From a bacterium (GTDB lineage Bacteria > SM23-31), in NCBI GenBank assembly GCA_965249485.1, contig OZ252239.1, positions 448,001-512,000 on the forward strand: DNA of 64,000 nt, read 5' to 3'. Positions 20,706 to 31,430 of the stretch are shown piece by piece. The notes under the pieces were generated by a model. It was not told where the DNA came from and searched no databases. It saw only the letters and a list, made by a program, of their open reading frames with translations. The position numbers and the translations under genes are program-made. Numbering within the stretch: position 1 is the stretch's first letter; each line of letters starts with the position of its first letter.

Positions 20706-21569
20706 ATGAAGCAGAAACTTACAGCTTATTTTAAACTGACTAAACCGACGATCATGACACTTGTGTTGTTCACGGGAACAACTGCGCTCTTGTTGGAAAA
20801 ATCGGCGCTCGGTAATCCGGCACAATTTGCGTTGATTCTTCTCGGACTTTACCTGACGGGCGGTGGAGCAAACGCATTAAACCAGTGTTTTGAACGCGAT
20901 ATCGATTCACAAATGAAACGGACGAGAACGAGAAGGCCACTGCCTCTCGGACTCTTATCGGTGCGTGAGGCATTTTTATTTTCCATCTCGATTTCTGTAG
21001 CGGGATTTTTTCTGTTCGGAGTCTTTTTTAATTGGTTCAGTGCTTTTATTGCACTTGGAACAGTCCTTTTTTACAGTCTTTTTTACACCTTATGGCTTAA
21101 GCCCAACACAGTACAAAATATTGTAATTGGTGGGATTGCCGGCTCAATGGCCCCTGTTATCGCATGGGCTGCAGCCACCGGATCACTCACCATTATTCCA
21201 TGGCTACTGTTTCTGATCGTGTTCTTTTGGACACCCCCTCACTTCTGGGCACTTGCACTCTACTATAAGGATGACTATATAGCTATAAATATGCCGATGA
21301 TGCCTGCTGTACACGGTGACAAATCAACACTGTTTCAGATTGTTCTGTATTCTCTGCTCCTTTTTATAACAAGCATGTCGCTGCTTCTATTTGATTTCGG
21401 CATGCTCTATTTCATAGTTGCATTCATTTCAGGTAGCGTATTTATTTACAAGTCTTTTCAAGCAAAACAGCAGCATTCGAAACCGCTGTATATCGGTTTG
21501 TTTAAATACTCCATCGTATATCTATTTATTATTCATATCGCGATTATTGTTGATGGTTTTATAATCTAA
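20706..21569 (+). CDS. cyoE: Protoheme IX farnesyltransferase (heme O synthase)
   Basis: LTKP, ALNQCFERDIDSQMKRTRTRRPLP, NIVIGG, FFWTPPHFWAL, YKDDY. Confidence 0.95.
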   Translation: MKQKLTAYFKLTKPTIMTLVLFTGTTALLLEKSALGNPAQFALILLGLYLTGGGANALNQCFERDIDSQMKRTRTRRPLPLGLLSVREAFLFSISISVAGFFLFGVFFNWFSAFIALGTVLFYSLFYTLWLKPNTVQNIVIGGIAGSMAPVIAWAAATGSLTIIPWLLFLIVFFWTPPHFWALALYYKDDYIAINMPMMPAVHGDKSTLFQIVLYSLLLFITSMSLLLFDFGMLYFIVAFISGSVFIYKSFQAKQQHSKPLYIGLFKYSIVYLFIIHIAIIVDGFII

Positions 21570-21762
21570 TCAGGTAGCGTTGAATTTTTCCTACAATTAC
21601 TTGTTTCAATTCACATTGAATCAAAATTTGTTTCTATTTTAAAATTCAACTTATTATAGTTGAAATTATAGAATTGTTTTCTTATAATGACCGCATTCTA
21701 ATCAATCACGTGTCAGAAACCCGCTTGATTTGATTGGTTGATGATAAATTTTAGAGGTACCT

Positions 21763-22410
21763 TTGGCTCAAATCTTTCCGGAATGGTCAAACAGAATTCC
21801 ATTAATTATACTGGTTGTGATCATTGCAGGTACAACTGCTGCCGTTGGTTTTTTCTGGTATTACGGATCTCCGAAGTACACCGATATCGGATACCGCCCT
21901 GTACAACCTGTTCCCTACAGCCATAAAGTTCATGTGAATGATCTCGGGATTGACTGTCGATACTGCCATACCTCAGTTGAGGTCTCACCGGTATCGATTG
22001 TACCTCCGACACAGACCTGTATGAACTGCCATTCCCTTATTTTACCCGAAAGTGAAAAATTACAACCCATACGGGATAGCTTTATATCCGGCAATCCTGT
22101 CGAGTGGATTCGAGTTCATAATTTGCCCGATTACGTCTATTTTAACCACAGTTCGCATGTGACAAAAGGAGTTGGATGTATCACCTGTCACGGAAATGTT
22201 GCTGAAATGGATGTGGTGACACAACAGGAACCGCTCAGTATGTCGTGGTGTCTCGACTGCCACAGGGATCCTGGCCCAAATTTACGGCCGGTAGATCAGA
22301 TCACAAACATGAAATGGACAATGCCTGAAAATAAGGAAGAGTTTTCGGCCCAATTGATTGCAAAGATGAATGTCAATCCTTCGGAGGATTGTTCGACGTG
22401 TCACCGGTAG
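21763..22410 (+). CDS. actA: Alternative complex III pentaheme cytochrome c subunit
   Basis: MAQIFP start (TTG), one TM helix, QPVPYSH, five CxxCH motifs. Confidence 0.93.
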   Translation: MAQIFPEWSNRIPLIILVVIIAGTTAAVGFFWYYGSPKYTDIGYRPVQPVPYSHKVHVNDLGIDCRYCHTSVEVSPVSIVPPTQTCMNCHSLILPESEKLQPIRDSFISGNPVEWIRVHNLPDYVYFNHSSHVTKGVGCITCHGNVAEMDVVTQQEPLSMSWCLDCHRDPGPNLRPVDQITNMKWTMPENKEEFSAQLIAKMNVNPSEDCSTCHR

Positions 22411-22449
22411 TATGCAAAGGCATACGCTGTTCACAACATTTATAATGAT

Positions 22450-25434
22450 ATGACTGAGATGAAGAGAAATCCTATACATAGTAACTCGCTGCAGGGTAAA
22501 GAGTACTGGCGCAGCCTCGACCAGCTTGCAGAAACAGAGGAGTTCAAAGACTTTCTAAACCGTGAATTTCCTGCAGGTGCATCGGAGATGAATGATCCGG
22601 TGACGCGCCGTGCATTTCTCAGTATTATGGGTGCATCAGTTGCCCTTGCCGGCCTTGCCGGGTGCAGGCGACCTGTCGAAAAGATTATTCCCTATGTGAA
22701 TGCCCCAGAGGAAATCGTCCCCGGAATTCCAAAATATTATGCGACTACGATGCCGTTCGGTCTAAGTTCGTATGGCCTCCTTGTGGAAACACACGAAGGA
22801 AGACCTACCAAAATTGAAGGAAACAAGGAGCATCCTTCGACGCTGGGTGCATCCAACGCATTCATTCAGGGATCGATTCTTGGATTGTACGATCCTGACA
22901 GGGCAAAAACAATTACCCGTAACGGTGAACAGCATACGCTTGAAGATTTTGCTGCATATTGGAATGGGATTTCGCACAATAATGGCGAAGGGCTTGCTGT
23001 TCTTTCCGAATCTTTTCGCTCTCCGACGCTCAACCGTCTCCGCAGCCAGTTTTTGAGAGCATTTCCGCAGGCACAGTGGATCACGTATGAACCGGTGAGC
23101 GACGAGCATGTCTTTGACGGCGTTCAAAATGCCGCGGGGAGAACCTTGCTGCCGCTATACCATTTCGATAAGGCACGGACTATTCTTTCACTCGATTCTG
23201 ATTTTCTGTTATCCGATTCGGAGAATATTACACATACGCGAGGGTTTTCCGCTCAGCGGAGAATATCCTCCGAAACGGATACAATGAACAGACTATATGC
23301 CGTCGAGAGCGGGTACTCCCTGACAGGAGGCGCTGCTGATCACCGTTACCGACTCGAAAGCGGCCGAATCGTGGCTTTTGCCGTCCGGTTAGCCCGAGAA
23401 CTCGACACACTTGGTATTGCTGTTCCCGAGCTAAACGCAATTTCCGATGTAGATTCAGGGACATTCGACGAACATTGGATTTCTGTTGCGGCTCATGATC
23501 TTGTTGAAAACCGGGGTGCAAGTCTGGTCGTGGCTGGCAGGAACCAGCCACCGGTAGTCCATGCGCTTGTTTTTGCAATCAATACCGCTCTTGGCAATGT
23601 CGGATCGACTGTGTCGTATGTTGAGCCAGAAGATGCATCACTGCCAAGCACCCATGGTCTTGTGAATCTTGCCGGCACTCTTCGAGATGGATCTGTTTCG
23701 AGTTTAGTTATACTCGGAGGGAATCCTGCATACAATGCACCTGCCGATCTCGGCTTATCCGAGTTGCTCGGTTCTATTGACAACACGGTGCACGTCAGTC
23801 CTTATTTTGACGAGACAGCCCGTCTGGCCGAATGGCATATACCGCAGTCTCATTTTCTGGAGATGTGGGGAGATACCCGGTCTGCAAACGGATCTGCGAG
23901 TATCGTACAACCGATGATCGCTCCACTGTTTGCAAGCTATTCGGTTGCCCGTATACTAAACATTTTGACATCCGGAAACACAGAAGAATCTGACCACGAT
24001 ATCGTCAGACAGACGTGGAGACAGTTGCTCGATACCAGGGATTTTGAAACCAATTGGCGAAAAGTGCTGCATGACGGTATTCTCCAAGGAAGTGAAACAG
24101 CAGAAATCACACCACACGTCAATAATAGCTCGCTTCGTGCTCTATTTTCAAGCCATAATTTTACAGATCAAGATTCCCGTAATGATTTTGAATTAGTTTT
24201 TACGCAGTCAAATGCGACATTTGACGGCCGGTTTGCAAATAATGGCTGGCTGCAGGAACTCTCCGATCCGGTGACAAAAATCACTTGGGATAATACAGCA
24301 ATGATCAGTCCGACGGCCGCACAGTCACTCGGCGTGTCCAATTCAGACATTGTTCGCGTCGCTTTTCATGGCAGAGAGCTGGAAATTCCTGTTTGGATCC
24401 AGCCCGGTCAGGCAGACAACACAATTTCTATTGCCCTCGGTTACGGCAGAACCGGGATCGGGCGTATTGCCGACGGTGTCGGCGCTAACAGCTATCTGAT
24501 TAGAGCATCCGGTGAGCTTTTTATATGCTCGGAAGTCACCATAAGCGCAACTGGCACAACACAGCTAATCGCAACAACGCAGGACCACCACTCAATGGAA
24601 GAACGTCCGATCGTTCGTGAAGCAAACATTGAGGAATACCGAGAACACCCCAATTTTGCTCCGGAAATGGTTGAGCATCCTCCGCTCGAGTCGCTGTGGA
24701 CGGAACATAGTTATGAAGATGGATATCAATGGGGAATGGCAATCGATCTCAGTACGTGTACCGGTTGCAATGCCTGTACAATTGCTTGTCAGAGTGAAAA
24801 TAATATTCCGATAGTTGGAAAAGACCAGGTCAGCAGAGGCCGGGAAATGCATTGGATCCGACTCGACCGCTATTTTACAGGTGATCCTAACGATCCTGAA
24901 ATGGTACATCAGCCGGTTGCGTGTCAACACTGTGAAAATGCTCCTTGCGAGCAGGTGTGCCCTGTCGCTGCAACAGTACACGACAAAGAGGGTTTGAACC
25001 AGCAAGTGTACAACAGGTGTATCGGTACGAGATACTGCTCGAATAACTGCCCTTATAAGGTACGACGTTTTAATTTTTACAATCTTACGAATGAAACACC
25101 GGAACTTGTCAAAATGGCACAGAATCCCGATGTGACAGTCCGGTCGCGCGGTGTCATGGAAAAATGCACCTTTTGTACCCAGCGGATCAACAGAGCACGT
25201 GCACAGTCAAAGTTGGATGACCGGGAGATTCGGGATGGAGATATCAGGACTGCCTGTCAGGAGACGTGTCCGGCAGAGGCAATTTATTTCGGAAATATAA
25301 ATGATCCTGAGAGTCAAGTATCGAGGATTAAAACCCAGAATCGAAATTATTCGCTTCTCGGTGAGTTGAATAATCAGCCGAGAAATACTTATCTGGCGAA
25401 AATCAGAAATCCGCATCCAGATCTAATGGGATGA
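22450..25434 (+). CDS. actB: Alternative complex III molybdopterin-oxidoreductase-like / Fe-S subunit
   Basis: YWRSL, Tat/lipoprotein signal TRRAFL...LAGC, EGRPTKIEGN; C-terminal CTGCNACTIAC, CQHCENAPCEQVCP, CIGTRYCSNNCPY, CTFC. Confidence 0.95.
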   Translation: MTEMKRNPIHSNSLQGKEYWRSLDQLAETEEFKDFLNREFPAGASEMNDPVTRRAFLSIMGASVALAGLAGCRRPVEKIIPYVNAPEEIVPGIPKYYATTMPFGLSSYGLLVETHEGRPTKIEGNKEHPSTLGASNAFIQGSILGLYDPDRAKTITRNGEQHTLEDFAAYWNGISHNNGEGLAVLSESFRSPTLNRLRSQFLRAFPQAQWITYEPVSDEHVFDGVQNAAGRTLLPLYHFDKARTILSLDSDFLLSDSENITHTRGFSAQRRISSETDTMNRLYAVESGYSLTGGAADHRYRLESGRIVAFAVRLARELDTLGIAVPELNAISDVDSGTFDEHWISVAAHDLVENRGASLVVAGRNQPPVVHALVFAINTALGNVGSTVSYVEPEDASLPSTHGLVNLAGTLRDGSVSSLVILGGNPAYNAPADLGLSELLGSIDNTVHVSPYFDETARLAEWHIPQSHFLEMWGDTRSANGSASIVQPMIAPLFASYSVARILNILTSGNTEESDHDIVRQTWRQLLDTRDFETNWRKVLHDGILQGSETAEITPHVNNSSLRALFSSHNFTDQDSRNDFELVFTQSNATFDGRFANNGWLQELSDPVTKITWDNTAMISPTAAQSLGVSNSDIVRVAFHGRELEIPVWIQPGQADNTISIALGYGRTGIGRIADGVGANSYLIRASGELFICSEVTISATGTTQLIATTQDHHSMEERPIVREANIEEYREHPNFAPEMVEHPPLESLWTEHSYEDGYQWGMAIDLSTCTGCNACTIACQSENNIPIVGKDQVSRGREMHWIRLDRYFTGDPNDPEMVHQPVACQHCENAPCEQVCPVAATVHDKEGLNQQVYNRCIGTRYCSNNCPYKVRRFNFYNLTNETPELVKMAQNPDVTVRSRGVMEKCTFCTQRINRARAQSKLDDREIRDGDIRTACQETCPAEAIYFGNINDPESQVSRIKTQNRNYSLLGELNNQPRNTYLAKIRNPHPDLMG

Positions 25435-25530
25435 GATATTTTGAATTTATTGGATACAAGAAAACAGAATCAAGAACAGTACAATAATTTGTACTAAATA
25501 GACGATTTAATCTACTTACAATTATTATTT

Positions 25531-26964
25531 ATGGCTTCTGAGCAGGAACATTCGATTGTTAGAGAACCGGTGCTTATTACCGGTAATCCGACTTTCCACT
25601 CACTGACCGAAAAAATTAGCGGATTAACGGAGAAGAAAACTCCAAGATTGTGGTATCTTGCAATTGCTTTTTCCTCTTCTGCAATGTTTATGCTTTTCGG
25701 ATTGATCGGCTATCTCTTCTGGGAAGGAATCGGTATCTGGGGACTTCAAGTTCCCGTTGGCTGGGGTTGGGCGATTGTCAATTTTGTGTTTTGGGTCGGT
25801 ATTGGCCACGCCGGAACGCTGATTTCGGCTATATTATTTCTGCTCAGGCAGCGGTGGCGGACGTCGATAAACCGGTTTGCTGAAGCCATGACAATTTTTG
25901 CAGTCATTTGTGCTTTGATCTTTCCAGCTATTCATGTCGGTAGGGTGTGGCTAGCCTATTGGATGTTTCCGCTACCGAACCAGATGGCGATGTGGCCAAA
26001 TTTCAGGAGCCCTCTCGTTTGGGACGTTTTCGCAGTGGGAACCTATTTTACTATATCATTCATATTCTGGTATACCGGTCTCATTCCCGATTTGGCAACC
26101 TTGCGCGACCGGGCTAAATCAAGAATTAGAAAAATAGTATTCGGTATTTTGTCTATCGGGTGGCGCGGCGGCCAGCGGCAATGGCGCCATTATGAGATGG
26201 CCTATCTTATTCTTGCCGGGCTGTCGACACCGCTTGTTCTTTCGGTGCATAGTGTCGTGAGTACCGACTTTGCAACAAGCCAGCTTCCGGGATGGCATAC
26301 GACAATTTTTCCACCCTATTTTGTAGCAGGGGCTATTTTTTCAGGCTTTGCAATGGTAATGACGCTCGCTATAATCAGCCGGAAGATTTTCGGCCTTGAG
26401 CATATTATTACTGTTAATCATTTTGAGAAGATGAACAAAATAATACTCCTTACCAGTTGGATTGTGGGGTATTCATACTCAATCGAGATGTTCATTGCAT
26501 GGTATAGCGGAAATATTTACGAGCAGTTTGCATTTTTCAACCGAGCATTCGGTCCCTATGCATGGGGATACTGGATTATGGTTTCGTGCAATGTGCTTGT
26601 GCCGCAGATATACTGGTTTAGGAAGATCCGCAGATCTATACCGGTCATGTTCGTCGCATCACTGCTTATTAATGTAGGAATGTGGTTTGAACGTTTTGTG
26701 ATTGTCGTTTCATCGCTTGCCAATGACTTTCTCCCGGCCAACTGGCTCTATTTCAGACCCACCGTGTTCGATGTCGGCATTTTTATCGGTTCATTTGGTC
26801 TTTTTCTGACGCTGTTCCTTCTGTTTTTACGTTTCTTTCCGATGATCGCGATATCAGAGGTCAAAGGTGTTTTGCCGCAGGCAAATCCTCATTTTTACCG
26901 TAACGGTAAACATGAGGATAACGGCAGAAAAAATGCTGCACATAAAGGAAAGCAATCTTCATGA
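25531..26964 (+). CDS. actC: Alternative complex III NrfD/PsrC-type quinol-binding subunit
   Basis: [54 protein letters not shown]. Confidence 0.95.
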   Translation: MASEQEHSIVREPVLITGNPTFHSLTEKISGLTEKKTPRLWYLAIAFSSSAMFMLFGLIGYLFWEGIGIWGLQVPVGWGWAIVNFVFWVGIGHAGTLISAILFLLRQRWRTSINRFAEAMTIFAVICALIFPAIHVGRVWLAYWMFPLPNQMAMWPNFRSPLVWDVFAVGTYFTISFIFWYTGLIPDLATLRDRAKSRIRKIVFGILSIGWRGGQRQWRHYEMAYLILAGLSTPLVLSVHSVVSTDFATSQLPGWHTTIFPPYFVAGAIFSGFAMVMTLAIISRKIFGLEHIITVNHFEKMNKIILLTSWIVGYSYSIEMFIAWYSGNIYEQFAFFNRAFGPYAWGYWIMVSCNVLVPQIYWFRKIRRSIPVMFVASLLINVGMWFERFVIVVSSLANDFLPANWLYFRPTVFDVGIFIGSFGLFLTLFLLFLRFFPMIAISEVKGVLPQANPHFYRNGKHEDNGRKNAAHKGKQSS

Positions 26965-27503
26965 GTACCAAAAAGGGGGAAATATACGGCATTATAGCTG
27001 AATTTGAGCATCCGGGCGCTCTTGTGGATGCAGGGAAGAAAATCCGGGAAGAAGGGTACACAAATTTTGACTGTCATTCCCCATTTCCGATACACGGTAT
27101 GGAAAAGGCGATGGGAACCACGCATTCGCCACTCGGTTTTATTATTGCCGGTGTCGCATTTTTCGCAATGCTGTTCGGGCTTGGCCTTCAATGGTATGCC
27201 AATGCAGTCACATATCCACTCGTTATTTCCGGCAAACCGTTCGTCAGTTACCAGACATACGCACCCGTTGGATTTGGTATTACGGTTCTTGCTTCGGGTA
27301 TTTGTACCTTTATATTTATGCTTGTTTTAAATGGTCTGCCGCGGCTGTTTCATCCAGTGTTCTACTCTCAAAATTTTTCACGGGTAACTGATGACGGATT
27401 TTTTGTCAGTATCGAACACAAGGATTCCAAATTCGATCCGGTCAAGACAAATGCGTTTCTTGAGTCGATCGGGGGCACTAACATTGAATTATTACAGGGT
27501 TAA
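26961..27503 (+). CDS. actD: Alternative complex III subunit D (DUF3341)
   Basis: [28 protein letters not shown]; position in the operon. Confidence 0.9.
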   Translation: MSTKKGEIYGIIAEFEHPGALVDAGKKIREEGYTNFDCHSPFPIHGMEKAMGTTHSPLGFIIAGVAFFAMLFGLGLQWYANAVTYPLVISGKPFVSYQTYAPVGFGITVLASGICTFIFMLVLNGLPRLFHPVFYSQNFSRVTDDGFFVSIEHKDSKFDPVKTNAFLESIGGTNIELLQG

Positions 27504-27510
27504 GAGCTTA

Positions 27511-28164
27511 GTGTTTAATAACTGTAGACATAAAGTGAAATTTATAGAAAATCTTCAGCCAAAACAGATTTTACTCATCGTAATCTGTGCGGGCAGTATA
27601 GGATATTCAGGCTGTTTCCAGGGACGGCCCTCGGAGCAGCCGCCGATTCACCTGAATCCGAATATGGACAATCAACCGAAATACAAGGCACTCGGAGAAA
27701 GTAAATTTTTTGAAGACCGGTCGAACATGAGGATGCCTGTTGCTGGTACAGTCGCACGCGGTGACTTGAATGAAGATGCTGTTTATTACACCGGTAAAGA
27801 TGCAAACGGTAATCTTGTCGAGAAATCCCCTTTTCCTGTGACACAGACACTCTTGGAGCGCGGCCGCGAGCGGTATGATATTTACTGTACACCGTGTCAT
27901 TCACGTGTTGGTGACGGAACGGGAGTGATTTCAACATATAATTATGTACCGCCGGGAAATCTTCATGAGGAGCGACTTGTCTTTATTCAGGACGGTCATC
28001 TGTATGACGTTATCACCAACGGGATAAGGAACATGCCCGCGTACAACCACCAAATTCCTGTTGCAGACCGATGGGCGATTGTGGGCTATATCCGTGCACT
28101 GCAGCGGAGCCAGAATGCTTCGCTTGAAGATATTCCCGAATCAGAACGAATTGAGATCCGATAG
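27511..28164 (+). CDS. actE: Alternative complex III monoheme cytochrome c lipoprotein (start uncertain: GTG 27511 or 27535)
   Basis: Lipobox-like GYSGC, NMDNQPKYK, PVAGTVARG, CTPCH, MP, DRWAIVGYIRALQ. Confidence 0.9.
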   Translation: MFNNCRHKVKFIENLQPKQILLIVICAGSIGYSGCFQGRPSEQPPIHLNPNMDNQPKYKALGESKFFEDRSNMRMPVAGTVARGDLNEDAVYYTGKDANGNLVEKSPFPVTQTLLERGRERYDIYCTPCHSRVGDGTGVISTYNYVPPGNLHEERLVFIQDGHLYDVITNGIRNMPAYNHQIPVADRWAIVGYIRALQRSQNASLEDIPESERIEIR

Positions 28165-28179
28165 AGCGACAATACAATT

Positions 28180-29367
28180 ATGGAACTGAACGATACGACA
28201 TATCAATTGAACAACTCCGGCAGTTTCGGAAAAATTGCATTGATTACTGGTATTGCCGGTATGGGGGTGACATTTGCCGGCGGTTATCTGGAAGGTGATT
28301 TTACGCAGTTTTATTTTTCCTATCTTGTATCGTTTGCGTTCTGGATTACTATTGCGCTCGGTGGACTCTTTTTTACAATGCTGCACCACCTCACCAATTC
28401 ACTCTGGAGTATCGTAATTAGACGGATCGCAGAATCAATCATGATAACACTGCCATTTTTCGCGGTGTTGTTTATTCAGATTGCGCTTGGCATTCACGAT
28501 CTGTATCACTGGTCACACAGCGATGTTGTTGCAGCCGATGCAGCGCTCCAAAAAAAATCGGGATATTTGAATATCTCATTTTTTCTTATCCGCTCGTTCA
28601 TCCTTTATTTCGGCATTTGGAGTTTTCTGTCATGGCGACTCCTTAAAATATCGCGTGAGCAGGATACGGGTTTTAAAGCACAGCAGGTTAAGACCATGCG
28701 GATCATTAGTGCGCCCGGCATGATTGCATTTGCACTCACACTGACATTTTCGTCATTCGACTGGCTCATGTCGCTCGATCCACACTGGTATTCCACTATA
28801 TTTGGTGTGTATGTGTTCAGTGGGAGCACTTTGGCGTTCCTGGCGTTTATTACACTGGTCTGTGTCATCTTGCGGAAAAACGGAATTTTACAGAACACCA
28901 TTACCGTTGAACATTATCACGATCTTGGACGTCTCCTCTTAACGTTTACAATATTTTGGGCTTATATTGCATTTTCCCAGTACTTCCTGATCTGGTACGC
29001 CAACATTCCAGAGGAGACGATTTGGTTTTTGAAGCGATGGGAAGGAGCATGGCAGCCAATTTCGATAATTGTAGCTTTCGCATTTATTGTTCCTTTTACG
29101 ACACTGCTGCTCCGGAAAACGAAACGTAGCCTCGGATATATGACATTTATCTCGATCTATATACTTTTGTACCATTTTATCGATATGTACTGGATAATCA
29201 TGCCTATCCTTCATGAACAGGGCGCGGATGTGTCATGGATGGATATCACTGCATTTATCGGAATCGGGGGGCTGTTTCTCTCGTATTTTTGGAATAGATT
29301 GAGTTCGGGTCCATTAGTTCCAGTGCAGGACCCACGGCTTGAAGAATCCATAGCAGTAGAACATTAA
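28180..29367 (+). CDS. actF: Alternative complex III subunit F
   Basis: DWLMSLDPHWYSTIFG, HDLG, FSQYFLIWYANIPEE. Confidence 0.92.
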   Translation: MELNDTTYQLNNSGSFGKIALITGIAGMGVTFAGGYLEGDFTQFYFSYLVSFAFWITIALGGLFFTMLHHLTNSLWSIVIRRIAESIMITLPFFAVLFIQIALGIHDLYHWSHSDVVAADAALQKKSGYLNISFFLIRSFILYFGIWSFLSWRLLKISREQDTGFKAQQVKTMRIISAPGMIAFALTLTFSSFDWLMSLDPHWYSTIFGVYVFSGSTLAFLAFITLVCVILRKNGILQNTITVEHYHDLGRLLLTFTIFWAYIAFSQYFLIWYANIPEETIWFLKRWEGAWQPISIIVAFAFIVPFTTLLLRKTKRSLGYMTFISIYILLYHFIDMYWIIMPILHEQGADVSWMDITAFIGIGGLFLSYFWNRLSSGPLVPVQDPRLEESIAVEH

Positions 29368-29381
29368 CCGGATAATAACGA

Positions 29382-29714
29382 ATGGATGAACAGCGTAAAG
29401 ACAAACGGAGTATACATACCAATGTCGGATATGAGCGGCGGGATGTTGATATCAAAAAAGTACTCACTGCCGGGGGGATTATCTGCGGTATCCTGATTAT
29501 ATTGATTATATTATTGAACGAAATGTTCATGATACTCAAGGAAGACATCTATTACCAGCATGTCCTCAGTCCCGAATCGGAACGGTTAATGCGGATCCAT
29601 GCGCGTGAGGATTCGGTATTAAACTCGTATGGAATCATCGATGAAGGCGCGGGAAAATACTGGATTCCAATTGAACAGGCTATGGAGTTGGTTGCCGAGG
29701 AAGCAGAAAAATGA
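29382..29714 (+). CDS. actG: Alternative complex III small subunit G-like, single TM
   Basis: GYERRD, TM helix, LNSYG.ID...IPIEQAM; lies between actF and sco. Confidence 0.75.
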   Translation: MDEQRKDKRSIHTNVGYERRDVDIKKVLTAGGIICGILIILIILLNEMFMILKEDIYYQHVLSPESERLMRIHAREDSVLNSYGIIDEGAGKYWIPIEQAMELVAEEAEK

Positions 29715-30583
29715 AACGCTCTGGTAAACATATTGTAACTGCTGCAATTTTACTTGCGATTTTTTTGACTGATGGTTTAATTAATGCACAGGTGATCCTG
29801 GACCAGCCGCCGGAGTTGAGTGGGATCGATATTGAGGAGCATCTTGGAGACTATGTTCCGCTCGATCTGACGTTTACCGATGCATCCGGATCCGACGTGA
29901 CATTGGATGACTACTTCAACAAAGGCAAACCAGTGTTTCTCGTGCTCGCATATTATGAATGCCCTATGCTCTGCACACTGGTTCTGAGTGCTGCAGCAAA
30001 TGGCGCGATCCAGGTAACAAGTCTTGATCCGGGTAGTGATTACGAAATGGTTACGATCAGTATAGATCCTGACGAGACTGCCGAGCTTGCTGCACAGAAA
30101 CAGAGCAGATATATTAAGAGTCTCGGTTCAAAAGGAAGTGAAGGCAGCTGGCATTTTCTTGTAGGAAATGAGAAAAATATCAGGTCTATTGCCGATGCTG
30201 TCGGTTTCAAGTATTATTACGTACCGGAACGCGATGAATATGCCCATCCTGCGGCTGCATTTATCCTGACCGAGGAAGGGAAAATATCGCGCTATCTCTA
30301 CGGACTCGATTTTAAACCGCGTGACCTTCGGCTCGGCTTACTGGAGGCTGCTGAAGGAAAGATCGGCAATACGATCGATAGAATAATTTTGTACTGTTTT
30401 CACTATGACCCCGATGCAAAAGGGTATGTGTTGTTTGCACAAAATGTGATGCGTGCGGGAGGCGCGCTGACTGTTTTAGTGCTTGTTCTGTTTTTAAGCA
30501 GCCTCTGGGCAAAAGAGAAGTTCAGAAAATCACGGGATGAGGCAGTCGCTAAATTGAATGTGAAAGAGCATGCAGAAGTGTGA
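29711..30583 (+). CDS. SCO1/SenC family protein
   Basis: YYECPMLC (CxxxC), SIDP, YAHPA, YCFHYDP, C-terminal TM. Confidence 0.9.
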   Translation: MKRSGKHIVTAAILLAIFLTDGLINAQVILDQPPELSGIDIEEHLGDYVPLDLTFTDASGSDVTLDDYFNKGKPVFLVLAYYECPMLCTLVLSAAANGAIQVTSLDPGSDYEMVTISIDPDETAELAAQKQSRYIKSLGSKGSEGSWHFLVGNEKNIRSIADAVGFKYYYVPERDEYAHPAAAFILTEEGKISRYLYGLDFKPRDLRLGLLEAAEGKIGNTIDRIILYCFHYDPDAKGYVLFAQNVMRAGGALTVLVLVLFLSSLWAKEKFRKSRDEAVAKLNVKEHAEV

Positions 30584-30622
30584 GCTGAAGGCCAATACTC
30601 AATTTTCTATACTATAGATTTA

Positions 30623-31430
30623 GGTAATTAGGTCAAAAGCGACCTAAAGTGAATATTGATTAATAAATAGTATAGTTTTTCGTTTCTGTAATTGTATCTA
30701 AATTCCATTTCCTTGAGGTACAATAGGAAATGATTTTTGCTAACACCATGGTATTTTAAGAGTCTTTCTTTTGCAAATGACCAGAAGCCCTCTAAACCGT
30801 TAATATGACGTCGTCCTTTAATAAAATATTTGTTATGATCGACAGTAAGATGTTTGCCAAAAAACTTCAGCGATTTATACGATCGAAACTTATCAGTATA
30901 GAAAACACTTCCTTTTTCAGAATTGTCCCTGATCTCGTTCATCAATGTCTCGGCAGTTACATCATCAACAACCGTAGTAAATATCTTCCCTTGACGCTCC
31001 AACATGCCGAAAACCTTTATTGTACCAGCACTTCCTCGACCCCGTATCCCTTTTCGCTTACCGCCAAAATAACTCTCGTCACATTCGATTTCTCCAGAAA
31101 GTCTCTTAAATTCCTGGCTCAAAAAATCATAAATTTCTTGACGGTAAAGCATGTATTTTCCTCGTACCTTCTTGTATCCAAAACCAAGATCCCTCGCAGC
31201 TTTATTAGCAGGGATCTCAAGAGAAAAATAGTGCAAAATTGTCAGATCATCTTTGAACTTTGTAAAACTGTATTTGTAAAAACAATCTCTACATTTATAA
31301 CGATTGTCCCTCATCAGGTAAAGATGATTTCCGCCACATGTAGGACACTCTTTACCTTCAATAAATTTAATGACTTCTTCTTCCATACCAAATATAATAT
31401 AATACTTGGGTCGGAAATAACCTAATTACC
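30623..31430 (-). mobile_element. IS1595-family insertion sequence (about 808 bp)
   Basis: Terminal inverted repeats GGTAATTAGGT..GACC at both ends. Flanks TAGATTTA (30615-30622) and TAGATTTT (31431-31438) match 7/8, consistent with an 8-bp target duplication. Confidence 0.92.
30628..31386 (-). CDS. IS1595-family (ISXO2-like DDE) transposase
   Basis: Zn ribbon CPTC..CRDC, GEIECDESYFGG, RGRG, YTD, HINGLEGFWS, YLKEMEFRYN. Confidence 0.95.
   Translation of the reverse strand: MEEEVIKFIEGKECPTCGGNHLYLMRDNRYKCRDCFYKYSFTKFKDDLTILHYFSLEIPANKAARDLGFGYKKVRGKYMLYRQEIYDFLSQEFKRLSGEIECDESYFGGKRKGIRGRGSAGTIKVFGMLERQGKIFTTVVDDVTAETLMNEIRDNSEKGSVFYTDKFRSYKSLKFFGKHLTVDHNKYFIKGRRHINGLEGFWSFAKERLLKYHGVSKNHFLLYLKEMEFRYNYRNEKLYYLLINIHFRSLLT

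Larger units (their letters stand above)
19258..20886. repeat. Perfect tandem repeat, 4 x 407 bp (promoter region plus first 60 codons of ctaB/cyoE)
   Basis: Units start at 19258, 19665, 20072 and 20479 (TTATGTTATGTGAAAA...). ATGs recur at 19485, 19892, 20299 and 20706. Copies look identical, including the T7 run. Confidence 0.97.

Noticed and set aside
19258..20886. Tandem array as CRISPR or mobile element
   Set aside because: Units are 407 bp, fully identical, have no spacers or terminal repeats, and derive from cyoE and its promoter.
27391..27510. N-terminal extension of actE overlapping actD by 113 bp
   Set aside because: An artefact of longest-ORF calling; the lipoprotein signal fits a start at 27511 or 27535.
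30805..31425. 206-aa + strand ORF opposite the transposase, and other long antisense ORFs (8013-8666, 58932-59483, 61234-61875)
   Set aside because: Shadow ORFs of well-supported genes on the other strand, with no recognisable motifs.
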